A stretch of DNA of 45,541 nucleotides from Bacteroidota bacterium (GCA_020047935.1 JAIFNC010000168.1:1-45541); one strand, 5' to 3'. Counted from the stretch's first letter, positions 1 to 9,123 are shown. Translations and numbers: made by a program. Notes: a model not told the origin generated them from the letters alone.

Positions 1-66
1 CCAAAAAGTGAAAATTAACCAATTATTGACAATATAGAGGTTATATAAGTTTATTTAAAATAAAAA

Positions 67-100
67 CACCCGTGTTATTTTGCATAAATAAGTACGGGTG
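67..100 (-). terminator. Putative rho-independent terminator downstream of the 126..782 gene
   Basis: Inverted repeat CACCCGT (67-73) / ACGGGTG (94-100), extended by TTATTT (75-80) / AAATAA (86-91) around a 5-nt loop. On the minus strand the stem is followed by TTTTTA (66-61). Confidence 0.5.
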
Positions 101-125
101 CTTATAGGATTTGGTTTAGTGCGAA

Positions 126-782
126 TTAAAATGCACCAAACTTAAAAGTTATACCGTAGGACAATCCGTTAAGAAAAGTTTTTGTAGCCACCTGCGTGCC
201 ATCGCTATAAGTCAAATTAATGTCGGTAGTATATCTATAATATGCTCCGGCGCTAATGCGCATAAATTTTATTACATTAAACTCAATTTCGGCTCCGGGC
301 GATACTACGAAAAATGAATTATTACGCATCATCATTCGGTCTTGAAAGTTGTTCATGTATTGGTCTTCCTGCAACGAAACGCCGCCTGCTCCAATAATAA
401 TAGGTATTGAAATATGTACCGGAAATTTGGGCAGAATAATTGGTTCTATCAGCAAACCACCAAATCCGCCGGTCATAAAATAACTATCGGTTGTACCGGG
501 TTGGGTAAAAGACTCGCCAACAAAACCGTAACCTGCGCCACCCAAAGTTATTGCATGGTTTATTATCCAGCCGCCTTGTCCGCCGTTCCATACGGTATTA
601 GCGCCGTTTAACTGACCAACGCGCAAGCCAAACCCGCCGTATCCGCCATGCGAATTTACAGCACCAAATAAGGTTTGAACCTCATCTTTTTTGTCTTTTT
701 TAATTTCATTATCGATTATTTCTTGAGCAAAAATTGCAGTAGAAAATGCGAAAACTGTTAAAACGAATACTAAATTTTTCAT
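126..782 (-). CDS. Secreted Gly-rich protein, probable outer-membrane beta-barrel (function unknown)
   Basis: 218-aa ORF. Signal peptide MKNLVFVLTVFAFSTAIFAQ. Gly/aromatic-rich alternating pattern. C-terminus ...ITFKFGAF ends in Phe, as in many OMPs. Last gene of the ECF-sigma operon. Confidence 0.6.
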   Translation of the reverse strand: MKNLVFVLTVFAFSTAIFAQEIIDNEIKKDKKDEVQTLFGAVNSHGGYGGFGLRVGQLNGANTVWNGGQGGWIINHAITLGGAGYGFVGESFTQPGTTDSYFMTGGFGGLLIEPIILPKFPVHISIPIIIGAGGVSLQEDQYMNNFQDRMMMRNNSFFVVSPGAEIEFNVIKFMRISAGAYYRYTTDINLTYSDGTQVATKTFLNGLSYGITFKFGAF

Positions 783-835
783 AGATTTAATTATTTGATG
801 TTAGAATTTACAGATTATTGATTGCAAATGCAATT

Positions 836-1927
836 TTACTGATGATGAATGTTTAAACTTGAACTTTCGCAGGTAATTTTAACCCTCGAATTGGTTTCTC
901 CTTTACCTATTTTACCGGTTAAAATAAATTGTTTAATATCGGCTTCATTAGTGGTTTGGCTTACTTCTGCCAAATCTTTAGGGTAATTAAGTGCCATGTT
1001 TTTGTGTGCTAAGTCGAATTTATAAGCGCTTAGTTTTGGAAAGTATAAATTAATATCTGTAAATGAAGTATTGAGCTGGATTAGCGAAAAATGTTTTGCT
1101 ATACCTTCTATATTCATTTTTCCGTATTTCATGTTAAAAGTAAGCTCGCTGTCAAAATTCGATATCCAAACGTCGGAAAAATAGGTGTCGGCATAAAAAT
1201 AGTTGATATTCGAAATGTAATATTTATCGCGTCGCGACATGGCTTTCAGTATATTTACCTCCGAAATGGTAATTTTTGAAGATTTGGTATCCAAATTTAA
1301 TCTATCGGATTTGGCAATGCTAATATCCGAATAAGACGATAAAATGGTGCCGTTGTTCATTGATTTAATAGAACCGTTATTCGAAAATTTAATATCCAAA
1401 TTGCCGGTACCGCCAATGGTTTCAATTTTAAAATCGCCGTTCGAAAGCTTTAAATCTAAGTTTCCGGTAAGCTCACCTACAAACACATCGCCGTACTTGT
1501 TATTAATTTTAACGTTTAAGTATTTAGGAACTTTTACCATAAAATCGCACTTAATATTGCTTTGCGAAAACATCAGTTCATCGGTTATTTTTTTCAACTC
1601 AGTAATAATAGTATTACTTTGGTTATCGAAAACCGTTTTTGCGGTAATAAAAAAGGTAGAAGCATCAAAATCGACCGTAACGGTTTTAAGCAATGCCGCC
1701 ATTTTTTGCTTATCGGGTGCCGTAATATTAAGCACCGCTTCAATGCTTACCGAATCGGCATCGGTGGTTGAAACATGTACTTTACCGTATTTATTGGTAA
1801 TTTCGAGCACCGTAACCGGCGAAACGGCATAGTTTTTACTAAATTTTTTAACTTCGGTTATGCTTTGCGAAAAAGCCTGTATGCCGCAAGATAAAACTAT
1901 GGTTAACATTAACAGTTTATATTTCAT
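836..1927 (-). CDS. Secreted beta-strand-repeat protein (DUF4097 / putative-adhesin-like)
   Basis: 363-aa ORF. Signal peptide MKYKLLMLTIVLSCGIQAFSQ. Repeated motifs such as YGDVFVGELTGNLDLKLSNGDFKIE and GNLDIKFSNNGSIK resemble DUF4097 repeats. This protein type commonly follows ECF sigma / anti-sigma pairs. Confidence 0.55.
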   Translation of the reverse strand: MKYKLLMLTIVLSCGIQAFSQSITEVKKFSKNYAVSPVTVLEITNKYGKVHVSTTDADSVSIEAVLNITAPDKQKMAALLKTVTVDFDASTFFITAKTVFDNQSNTIITELKKITDELMFSQSNIKCDFMVKVPKYLNVKINNKYGDVFVGELTGNLDLKLSNGDFKIETIGGTGNLDIKFSNNGSIKSMNNGTILSSYSDISIAKSDRLNLDTKSSKITISEVNILKAMSRRDKYYISNINYFYADTYFSDVWISNFDSELTFNMKYGKMNIEGIAKHFSLIQLNTSFTDINLYFPKLSAYKFDLAHKNMALNYPKDLAEVSQTTNEADIKQFILTGKIGKGETNSRVKITCESSSLNIHHQ

Positions 1928-1971
1928 TTTTTGTGCTGTTTTAATCGTAATTACTTTTGTAAGTGTTTAAG

Positions 1972-2532
1972 CTATAAATTGGTGCCTTGCTTATTGTTGG
2001 CTTGTCCGGTTTTTCGACGCTGCAACTCGCTTAGCAAATCTTCCAGAATTTTAAGTTTTATGCGGTAGTTATGCACCATAGCATCTACTACTTCTTCATT
2101 CGAAGCATTGTCTTTCAAATCGGTTTTAAGTTCAATTAAAATACTGTCCAGCTCGGCAAAATCGGTCATTAATTCTTGCTCAAGTTCAGGTTTCGCAGCG
2201 GCAAAAACCCTTACTTCTTCCAATTTTTCATTTACCAACGTATTATAATAGTTTTCGGTTTCCGAAAGCTCAGGAATTTGTGTTTCAATAGCCATATCGG
2301 TATTTTCGTTGGTCAAATTCGGGCTTTGGTTAAAAACTGTATAATTCAATACAGCCACCGACATTAAAAGCACAATAACAACTGCTGCTATTTTAACCCA
2401 ATGTTGCTGCAAATTGCCGATTATATGCCTTTTTTGTTGGCTTTCAATAGCTTTCCAAACCTTGTCCGAAGGTTCATGCGTGTCGAATTCGTTGCGGTGG
2501 TCTTTTATATAATCTTCTATATCGTATTTCAT
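1972..2532 (-). CDS. Putative anti-sigma factor (single-pass membrane protein)
   Basis: 186 aa. Starts 4 bp downstream of the sigma-factor gene stop. Short cytoplasmic N-terminus, one TM helix (WVKIAAVVIVLLMSVAVLNYTVF), helical periplasmic part. Confidence 0.6.
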   Translation of the reverse strand: MKYDIEDYIKDHRNEFDTHEPSDKVWKAIESQQKRHIIGNLQQHWVKIAAVVIVLLMSVAVLNYTVFNQSPNLTNENTDMAIETQIPELSETENYYNTLVNEKLEEVRVFAAAKPELEQELMTDFAELDSILIELKTDLKDNASNEEVVDAMVHNYRIKLKILEDLLSELQRRKTGQANNKQGTNL

Positions 2533-2536
2533 TGTT

Positions 2537-3085
2537 TTAATTATTAGCAGTTTGTAAAATTTCCCTAAGTTTATTTTTTGCCCTCAGGTATTGCGATTTC
2601 GATGTCGATTCGGTAATATCCAAAATTTGAGCAATTTCAGCATGGTCGTAACCTTCAAACGAATACAAGTTAAAAATAACTTTATATCCTTCGGGCAACA
2701 GCGATACCGCCGCCTTAATTTTTTCAACCGAAAATAGCGGCTCGTTTTCGGCAGGTGTTTCGGCTCGGTCGGCAGTACTTAAATCGTCGGTAAAGCTTAG
2801 TAAACCTTTGTTTCGCTTCATAAAGTTTATACATCGGTTTATGGTTATTCGCTTTATCCAAGCACCAAACGACGATTCGTATCTGAAACCGGGCAAGTGC
2901 GCAAATACATCTATAAAAACTTCTTGCAATACATCTTCGGCATCGGCCGTAGAATTTAGCATCCGAATGCTAATGTTAAACATCGCTTTCGAATAAAGTT
3001 TGTACAGTTCGAATTGTGCTTTAGCATTGCCTTGCTTGCACTTTTCTATTACATCTTTGTGTATGTCGGCGTAAATCGGATCCAA
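2537..3085 (-). CDS. ECF-type RNA polymerase sigma-70 family factor
   Basis: 182 aa. Region-2-like DAEDVLQEVFIDVFAHLPGF...AWIKRITINRCINFMKR. Region-4 HTH YSFEGYDHAEIAQILDITESTSKSQYLRAKNKLREIL. Confidence 0.9.
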   Translation of the reverse strand: MDPIYADIHKDVIEKCKQGNAKAQFELYKLYSKAMFNISIRMLNSTADAEDVLQEVFIDVFAHLPGFRYESSFGAWIKRITINRCINFMKRNKGLLSFTDDLSTADRAETPAENEPLFSVEKIKAAVSLLPEGYKVIFNLYSFEGYDHAEIAQILDITESTSKSQYLRAKNKLREILQTANN

Positions 3086-3458
3086 TTTTTTATCGCTTTT
3101 CTGTTATTAATGACAATGTAATTTTTTAAAAGTTGCATCGACCGGTATTTTTTTTTAGTAAAACTGTTAGACCGTTATTTAAATGTTGTAAGAAGTTGAA
3201 AAATAGAGTTATAATGGTAATTAATTCTTCATGATTTCTTGAAATCTTAATTAACTATTAAGATTACAAAACAATTTAGCCGCCAAAATGCAGAAAGTTT
3301 GAAAAGTAAATTCCAAAATTCAATTAATGAATTTAAACTTCGAGTAAAAATAAAAAAGATAAAATGCAATCAGTAAGCACATTAGAAAAAAGTTAAAAAT
3401 AATAGAAAAACGTTCAAAAAAATTTGGTTTTAAAGAATAATAATAGTAAACTTGCAAT

Positions 3459-3517
3459 AATTATTTATTCTATAAGTTCTTGATTTATACCAAACCAAAA
3501 CTTATAGAAAAATAATT
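3459..3517. repeat. Imperfect 19-20 bp AT-rich inverted repeat in the long non-coding spacer
   Basis: AATTATTTATTCTATAAGTT (3459-3478) pairs with AACTTATAGAAAAATAATT (3499-3517) with a single indel. The loop is 20 nt. Confidence 0.4.
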
Positions 3518-3901
3518 TAAAATCACAAATCTAAAAACACTGAAATTCAGACTGTTAGATATAATATCCGGGACTGAAGTAAGCAATGCTTGTGTGCATA
3601 CCATAAATTAAAGTGTACATCAAAAATTCACAAATAAAATACTTGTATGTCTTTTATTTTCATGAAAAGAATTTTTTAGAAGCTCATGGTACGCTATCAA
3701 TCGACTAAATAAATCAGATGCACTATAACTACCCCAAATTTTAGTCGTAACCGGAATAACGATCTTTTAATTTTAAGTGCCGCTGTGCATAATTAATATA
3801 GTGTAACCTAACTATACCGGACTATGCACAAATTCTATGTTGGACAATCTTATATTAAATACTATTCATTCAGTATTAATTATCGAAATAACATTTAGCG
3901 T

Positions 3902-4456
3902 ATGAAAGGTATTCTACTAATTTTAGTCGGTTCACTCTTTTTTTCGTCGTGTAAAGTAATGTTTACCCAAGAAATGCGCGAGGAATTAGAAGAACAAAAT
4001 ATAAAGCTTAGCGCAATACAGTTTTATGTTTCGAAAAAAATTGTTTTGCAACGAATTGAAACAACAACCACCGTATCCAACGATTCAGCAGTGGTTGACC
4101 AAACCCGCGAAACGGTTATTGAACAAATTATTATAAAGAAAAAAGCCCCGGGAATTTGTGTAAATACTTTTGCCAAAGAATTAGAAATTAAGTTTGAAGA
4201 GCGCGACAGTTGTTCGCTTAAATTTGTACAAACCGAATACGGCGATAAAATTATTTACCGCATAGGTGCGCAAAAATGGGTAAACGATGTGGGGAGTGTT
4301 CCTTACGATGGCAAAGAGTTTCATATTCGACCAAAATCGTTTTTTTGGCAACCGGAAAGCAACAAAGCCACCCTTAAAATTAAACGTAAGTATTATAATA
4401 AGTTCAAAATTAGCCGCCGAAAGGTTAAAGGACTTAAAGTTCAAAACGCAAAATAA
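3902..4456 (+). CDS. Lipoprotein, function unknown (first gene of the long co-directional array)
   Basis: 184 aa. Lipobox-like MKGILLILVGSLFFSSC. The next gene starts 9 bp after its stop. Confidence 0.7.
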   Translation: MKGILLILVGSLFFSSCKVMFTQEMREELEEQNIKLSAIQFYVSKKIVLQRIETTTTVSNDSAVVDQTRETVIEQIIIKKKAPGICVNTFAKELEIKFEERDSCSLKFVQTEYGDKIIYRIGAQKWVNDVGSVPYDGKEFHIRPKSFFWQPESNKATLKIKRKYYNKFKISRRKVKGLKVQNAK

Positions 4457-4465
4457 TACCGACCA

Positions 4466-6280
4466 ATGAAAAAGCCGGCTATCCGATATATTATTACCGT
4501 ACTGTTTGTTTTGCTTTCAGCATCCGGTTATGCGCAGCAAGATACCACGCGCGGCACATTTGTTCCTTACGGAAAAGGAATGGATGCCGCCAGAAACGAT
4601 ACCATAGTTAAAGTGAAAAGAATGCTAAAACCACCCGGAACTTTTTTGGGTGATATTTTGCATTATCTGTCGCCGGTTAAATATGTTTTGGTCGATTCGG
4701 TTTACCCGATGTACACCAAGGACGATCCGTTTTTCTTACATGAAAAAAACCATATTAACCATCAAGATTTTAATCAAACCGGAAAAGTTTCGGGCGAGCA
4801 ATCGTGGAATCAGATTAATAATATTGATGGCGAATTGCAAACGTATCCGAAAGATACTACGCGCTTTTTAGCTCGGCAGGTAATTGGATACCACCCGTAT
4901 TGGATGGGAACTGCTTATAAAAACTACAATTTCAATCTGTTAACTCGAATTGTTTATTTTTCGTACGAGTTAAACCCAACCGACGGCGATTTTAAAACCG
5001 TGCACCACTGGAACGAAACCGGGCTTATTAGTTTAGCACATAAATACGGTTGCGCGGTTGATTTAAGCGTTACTAATTTTGGCTCGGAGAATAATAGAAA
5101 GTTTATTGAAAATTTAGATGCACAAAATAAGCTAATCGAAAACTTAATAATGTTGCTCCGAAAACGCAAAGGCGACGGGGTAAATATTAATTTTGAAGAA
5201 GTGCCGAAATCGCATAAAGTACAATTTTCCGAATTTATTATCCGATTGCGAAAAGAATTATTGGCTGAAAATTCGAACTATAAAATTACCCTTACTATTC
5301 CGGCGATAGACTGGCGGAATGCCTACGATGTGGCGGTATTGAAAGACCATGTAGACTTTTTCTTTTTGATGGGTTACGATTTTTACGGAAAATACAGCGA
5401 AGCAGCCGGCCCAAATGCCTTGTTGTTTAGCGGAGCAAACTGGACCGGTAATAATATTAATACCACCATTGATACCTATATAAAATTTGGTGCACCGGCA
5501 AGCTCATTAGTACTTGGTTTGCCCTACTATGGGCACGAGTGGATTACTTCCGACTCAAAAGTTCCGGCAAAAGCTATTAAATACAACGGACCTCGTTCGT
5601 ATAAATATATTGCCAATAATTACACCGATAACTATGTAGCTCGGTACGATTCTACTTCGCATTCAATGTATTATGTTTTTCGCGATAGCGTAAATTGGGT
5701 TCAATGCTGGTTCGATAACGAAAAAACCTTGGCACTGAAATACGACTATATAAACGAAAAACGACTTGGCGGTTTAGGCATCTGGGCATTGGGTTACGAT
5801 AATACCTACCCCGAACTTTGGAATTTAATTGGTCAAAAATTCACTTCATCGGTTGACACCTTGCCCGATTTGCATACCATTTTATCGAATTCGCTTGAAT
5901 ATAGTGTTACTGAAAAGTCGGTAATGGAGGTAAACGAATCGGCGCCCGACTATACACAGCGTTTTTCGGATAGGCTAAGTTTGGCTTGGAAAGTTTTTGT
6001 TTTGTTTTTTGCCATCGTACTTCTGTTTTCGTTGGTTGGCTATATTATTGCCATTGCCGATTTCGATGTCCGTTTTATATTGTTTACCGTTGAAGTTCGA
6101 GTATACCTGTTTTTTATTTTACTTGCAATAATATTGCTTATGATTTTAAGAATTTTAGGCATGTTGGCTAATTTCGATTTATTGCTTATTTTGTCTATAA
6201 CAATTGGCATTTTTGCAGCACTTATAGTGCTAAATATTGGCAAAATGAAAAAAGAGAACAGTCGTAAAGAAACGCCTTAA
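4466..6280 (+). CDS. Glycoside hydrolase family 18-like protein with C-terminal multi-TM anchor; catalytic motif degenerate
   Basis: 604 aa. Signal peptide (..SASGYAQQ). GH18 TIM-barrel landmarks VIGYHPYW, GDGVNINFEE (at the DxxDxDxE position), FLMGYDFYG, GLPYYGHEW, LGGLGIWALGYD. Three or four hydrophobic helices in the last ~110 aa. Confidence 0.75.
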   Translation: MKKPAIRYIITVLFVLLSASGYAQQDTTRGTFVPYGKGMDAARNDTIVKVKRMLKPPGTFLGDILHYLSPVKYVLVDSVYPMYTKDDPFFLHEKNHINHQDFNQTGKVSGEQSWNQINNIDGELQTYPKDTTRFLARQVIGYHPYWMGTAYKNYNFNLLTRIVYFSYELNPTDGDFKTVHHWNETGLISLAHKYGCAVDLSVTNFGSENNRKFIENLDAQNKLIENLIMLLRKRKGDGVNINFEEVPKSHKVQFSEFIIRLRKELLAENSNYKITLTIPAIDWRNAYDVAVLKDHVDFFFLMGYDFYGKYSEAAGPNALLFSGANWTGNNINTTIDTYIKFGAPASSLVLGLPYYGHEWITSDSKVPAKAIKYNGPRSYKYIANNYTDNYVARYDSTSHSMYYVFRDSVNWVQCWFDNEKTLALKYDYINEKRLGGLGIWALGYDNTYPELWNLIGQKFTSSVDTLPDLHTILSNSLEYSVTEKSVMEVNESAPDYTQRFSDRLSLAWKVFVLFFAIVLLFSLVGYIIAIADFDVRFILFTVEVRVYLFFILLAIILLMILRILGMLANFDLLLILSITIGIFAALIVLNIGKMKKENSRKETP

Positions 6281-6312
6281 AATTAATTTGTACCTTATTA
6301 AACCAACATAAA

Positions 6313-7200
6313 ATGGGTTACGCAAAGCAATACCTTAACTACGAATGTATCGACATTTACGGTGCGCAGGAAGCTGTTAAAGCTATTCGGAGCGACAAAT
6401 GGGTGTTCAGTAACACGCAGAGCCTTTGGAATAAAGAAACTGCAAATGGTTTTTTGGTTGTGTCGGCCGAAATTGAAAGCCGCGAAAACTATAACCGACA
6501 TGCCATTGTTATTGTGCTGGAAAGTATTCGCAATTTTTTCGAAAAATCGAAAATTAACAATCCGAGTGATGCTTTAAAAGAAGCTATTTTGCAAGCAAAC
6601 CGACAATTGTTTTTTGCTGCCGAACATAATTTTAGTCTTAAAGGCATAACCTTAAGCGTATTGGTTGCTCTTATTCGCGACAAGCAAGTATATTATGCCT
6701 ATGTAGGAAACAACAATTTGTTTTATGCATCGGGGCAAAAAATAAAACGACTAACCCCCGGAATTTCGCAAGTTGAAGGCGATGAACACGAAGAAATACC
6801 ATTGGTTAATTCGTCCATTATTGATTCAAGTTTAAAAATCAATGCTTCAATTGACCCTATAACACCGGAAAATGGTGATTATTTTATTATTTGCCCAAAA
6901 ACTTATGTGTATACGTCCGACGATTTTGTGGTAAATTTACTTAAAGATGGTGGGAACTTAGATACCATGGCAGGTAAAATGCTTAAAGAAGCATTAGAGC
7001 ATCCGGAAACCGAAGCTAAAACCTTTGCAATTATTAAAATGAATTTATTGGGCGGAAAAGGTTCGGCGGAAGACTACTTAACGCATCTTTACGGAGGTAT
7101 TATTTCGCTTATTATCCGATTTATTACTTCGCCTATCGCTTTAGCCATTATGGCAATTTTAGCTATTATATTAATGCTTGTAATTTACGGATTACTGTGA
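6313..7200 (+). CDS. PP2C-fold protein lacking metal-binding Asp residues (pseudo-phosphatase), C-terminal TM anchor
   Basis: 295 aa. Colinear with bacterial PP2C: LKEAILQANRQLF...GITLSVLVALIRDKQVYYAYVGNNNLFYASGQKIKRLTPG matches the pattern GTT..a....l..a.vGDSR.Y....g...qlT.D. Conserved DGMGGH, GDSR, DG and DN are replaced by AEIESR, GNNN, PK and EAK. TM segment IISLIIRFITSPIALAIMAILAIILMLVIYGLL. Confidence 0.55.
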   Translation: MGYAKQYLNYECIDIYGAQEAVKAIRSDKWVFSNTQSLWNKETANGFLVVSAEIESRENYNRHAIVIVLESIRNFFEKSKINNPSDALKEAILQANRQLFFAAEHNFSLKGITLSVLVALIRDKQVYYAYVGNNNLFYASGQKIKRLTPGISQVEGDEHEEIPLVNSSIIDSSLKINASIDPITPENGDYFIICPKTYVYTSDDFVVNLLKDGGNLDTMAGKMLKEALEHPETEAKTFAIIKMNLLGGKGSAEDYLTHLYGGIISLIIRFITSPIALAIMAILAIILMLVIYGLL

Positions 7201-8243
7201 AAAATTGGCTATTAATGCTTTCTGTATCGGCAGTATTCGCAGCTTGCGGCTCACCCGATTATTTCAACGATGCCAACCAAAAGGTGCGCGAGGGTAAATA
7301 CATGGAAGCTATTGACTTGTACACCCTTGCTATTGCCGAAAAAGACAGCGACACGCAAGCATTTGTAAACCGCGGAGGCATTAAAGAATTGTTGAGCGAT
7401 ACCGTTGGTGCATTGGACGATTACACAAGCGCGCTTAAAAAGAAATCGAACGACCCAATCATAATGGCACTGATTGCCAATATAAAGTTCAAACAGAAAA
7501 AATATAAAGAAAGCATTGAAATTTATTCGAAAGTTTGCGAATTGCAACCCGAAAATGCCAACGCTTTTTTCAATATGGCTGTTTCGAAACAATATATGGG
7601 AAAGGATATTGCCGCTTTATTTGATTACGGAAAAGCCATTGCACTTAAACCGGATTATGCTCAAGCCTACTATAATAGAGGAACTTTACGACAGAAATTG
7701 GGCGATTTTAGCAATGCGATTGAAGATTATAACAAAACTATTTTTTATAATCCGCAATTTGGCGGAGCGTATTTTAACCGTGCGCTGTTGCATGTTAAAT
7801 TTTCCGAATTCGAAAAGGCGTTTAAAGATTTTGAAATAGCAATAAGCATTGCCCCGCAAAACGATGATATTTATGTAAATAGAGGTAATCTTTTTTTCAG
7901 GTCGAAAGATTTTGAATCGGCACTTAAAGATTTCAATTTAGCAATTGAACTTGATGCAGCTAATTCGCTTGCTCTTTTAGGTCGAGGAGTTACCAAATAT
8001 TACCTCGAAGATTTTCAAGGGGCATTAATTGATTTTGATTTGGCCATGGAATTAGGGTTGGCAAATGCTCCGCTCTATTTCAACCGTGCATCTGTAAAGC
8101 GATTAATCGGCGATATTCCGGGGGCCATCGAAGACTTTAGAGTGGCAGGTGAGTTGGGGTTTATGAATGCTTTCGATTCAATAAAAAAATACAACCTCGA
8201 ACCGCTGGATATTACAACAAAAGACAAATCGAAAAAAAAATAA
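7197..8243 (+). CDS. TPR-repeat lipoprotein
   Basis: 348 aa. GTG start overlaps the upstream stop (GTGA). Lipobox LSVSAVFAACGS. About 8 tandem 34-aa TPR units (for example AQAYYNRGTLRQKLGDFSNAIEDYNKTIFYNPQF). Confidence 0.85.
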   Translation: MKNWLLMLSVSAVFAACGSPDYFNDANQKVREGKYMEAIDLYTLAIAEKDSDTQAFVNRGGIKELLSDTVGALDDYTSALKKKSNDPIIMALIANIKFKQKKYKESIEIYSKVCELQPENANAFFNMAVSKQYMGKDIAALFDYGKAIALKPDYAQAYYNRGTLRQKLGDFSNAIEDYNKTIFYNPQFGGAYFNRALLHVKFSEFEKAFKDFEIAISIAPQNDDIYVNRGNLFFRSKDFESALKDFNLAIELDAANSLALLGRGVTKYYLEDFQGALIDFDLAMELGLANAPLYFNRASVKRLIGDIPGAIEDFRVAGELGFMNAFDSIKKYNLEPLDITTKDKSKKK

Positions 8244-8244
8244 T

Positions 8245-8589
8245 ATGGGACTAGGCAGTATGGCGGCCAACCAAGGGTTTGGTCAAACAAAAGGGCTTAC
8301 AGGCGGTGCCGACAAAAAAATTTTTTCGGCACTTAAAGGTGCAAAACTTGGAAAAAAAGTAATTGCCAAAGAAGTTTTATGGTTCTTTGGTGCTTGTTTA
8401 ATATCGTCAATCACCGGGTTTTTGGTATTTTACCTTATTGGCGAATTTCTAACGGAAATTTTTGTCGATTTTATTAATCAATTAGGTTCACTAACCAAAT
8501 TTTACTTGCGCATATTCCTGTTTAATTTAATTGGCGTTTATGTTGCTCGTTTAATTGTTTGGGCGGTAAGAACCGTAGCTTTCAACTAA
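8245..8589 (+). CDS. Small two-TM membrane protein (function unknown; holin-like size and topology)
   Basis: 114 aa. Basic N-terminus followed by two hydrophobic helices (VLWFFGACLISSITGFLVFYLIG, FYLRIFLFNLIGVYVARLIVWAV). Starts 1 bp after the TPR gene and ends 13 bp before the eCIS cap gene. Confidence 0.55.
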   Translation: MGLGSMAANQGFGQTKGLTGGADKKIFSALKGAKLGKKVIAKEVLWFFGACLISSITGFLVFYLIGEFLTEIFVDFINQLGSLTKFYLRIFLFNLIGVYVARLIVWAVRTVAFN

Positions 8590-8602
8590 TATTCAATGTA
8601 CA

Positions 8603-9115
8603 ATGATATACGAAGTACTTAGCGAAATAAAAGACCGACTAAACCAGCATTTCCGACTGCGATTTGGCCTGCCTGAAGACAAACTGTTTTTGTCGGGTTT
8701 GGTTGATGCCGGCGGTGCAGCAGCCATTGACAACGATTTGGTGGTTATGATGCCTATAAACATTCAAGAAGAAAAGCATGTGTATAATCGTCGAAATACA
8801 AACGAACCACCCTTTATTTCGCTTAATGTATTAGTACTAATTACCACCACTTTTAGCGGTAAAAATGCCGCCGAAGGATTGAAGTTTTTAACCGAAACGG
8901 TTAGCTTTTTCATGCAAAACAATGCCATGGACATTGAAGGAAACCGCATAGCTATTGAATACTATAACCTCGACTTGCAACTTCAAAATAACCTTTGGGC
9001 AAGCCTCGGAGCCAAATATGCTCCTTCGGTTATTTATCGTATAAGCTTAATTCGCATTGAAGAAGGCATGGCATCACTCGATATTAATCTTGCAAGCAAT
9101 TTCCCAACCACATAG
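8603..9115 (+). CDS. DUF4255 (Pvc16_N) protein: eCIS tail terminator/cap (Afp16-like)
   Basis: 170 aa. N-terminus MIYEVLSEIKDRLNQHF...DKLFLSGLVD...DLVVMMPINIQEEKHVYNRRN follows the DUF4255 pattern (..V.l.LvniqEe...rN). Confidence 0.75.
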   Translation: MIYEVLSEIKDRLNQHFRLRFGLPEDKLFLSGLVDAGGAAAIDNDLVVMMPINIQEEKHVYNRRNTNEPPFISLNVLVLITTTFSGKNAAEGLKFLTETVSFFMQNNAMDIEGNRIAIEYYNLDLQLQNNLWASLGAKYAPSVIYRISLIRIEEGMASLDINLASNFPTT

Positions 9116-9123
9116 CCTGAATT

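Noticed and set aside
1344-1832. 162-aa plus-strand ORF, and similar ORFs at 414-611, 1091-1279, 1562-1771 and 2176-2367
   Set aside because: They are entirely antisense to longer minus-strand genes that have signal peptides or recognisable motifs. Their composition is hydrophobic and low-complexity, typical of shadow ORFs.
3700-3830. ECF-type promoter candidates (GTAACC-like -35 boxes, for example TCGTAACCGG and TGTAACCTAAC) upstream of the long array
   Set aside because: These are single short matches without a convincing correctly spaced CGT-type -10 element. They cannot be distinguished from chance without transcription-start-site data.
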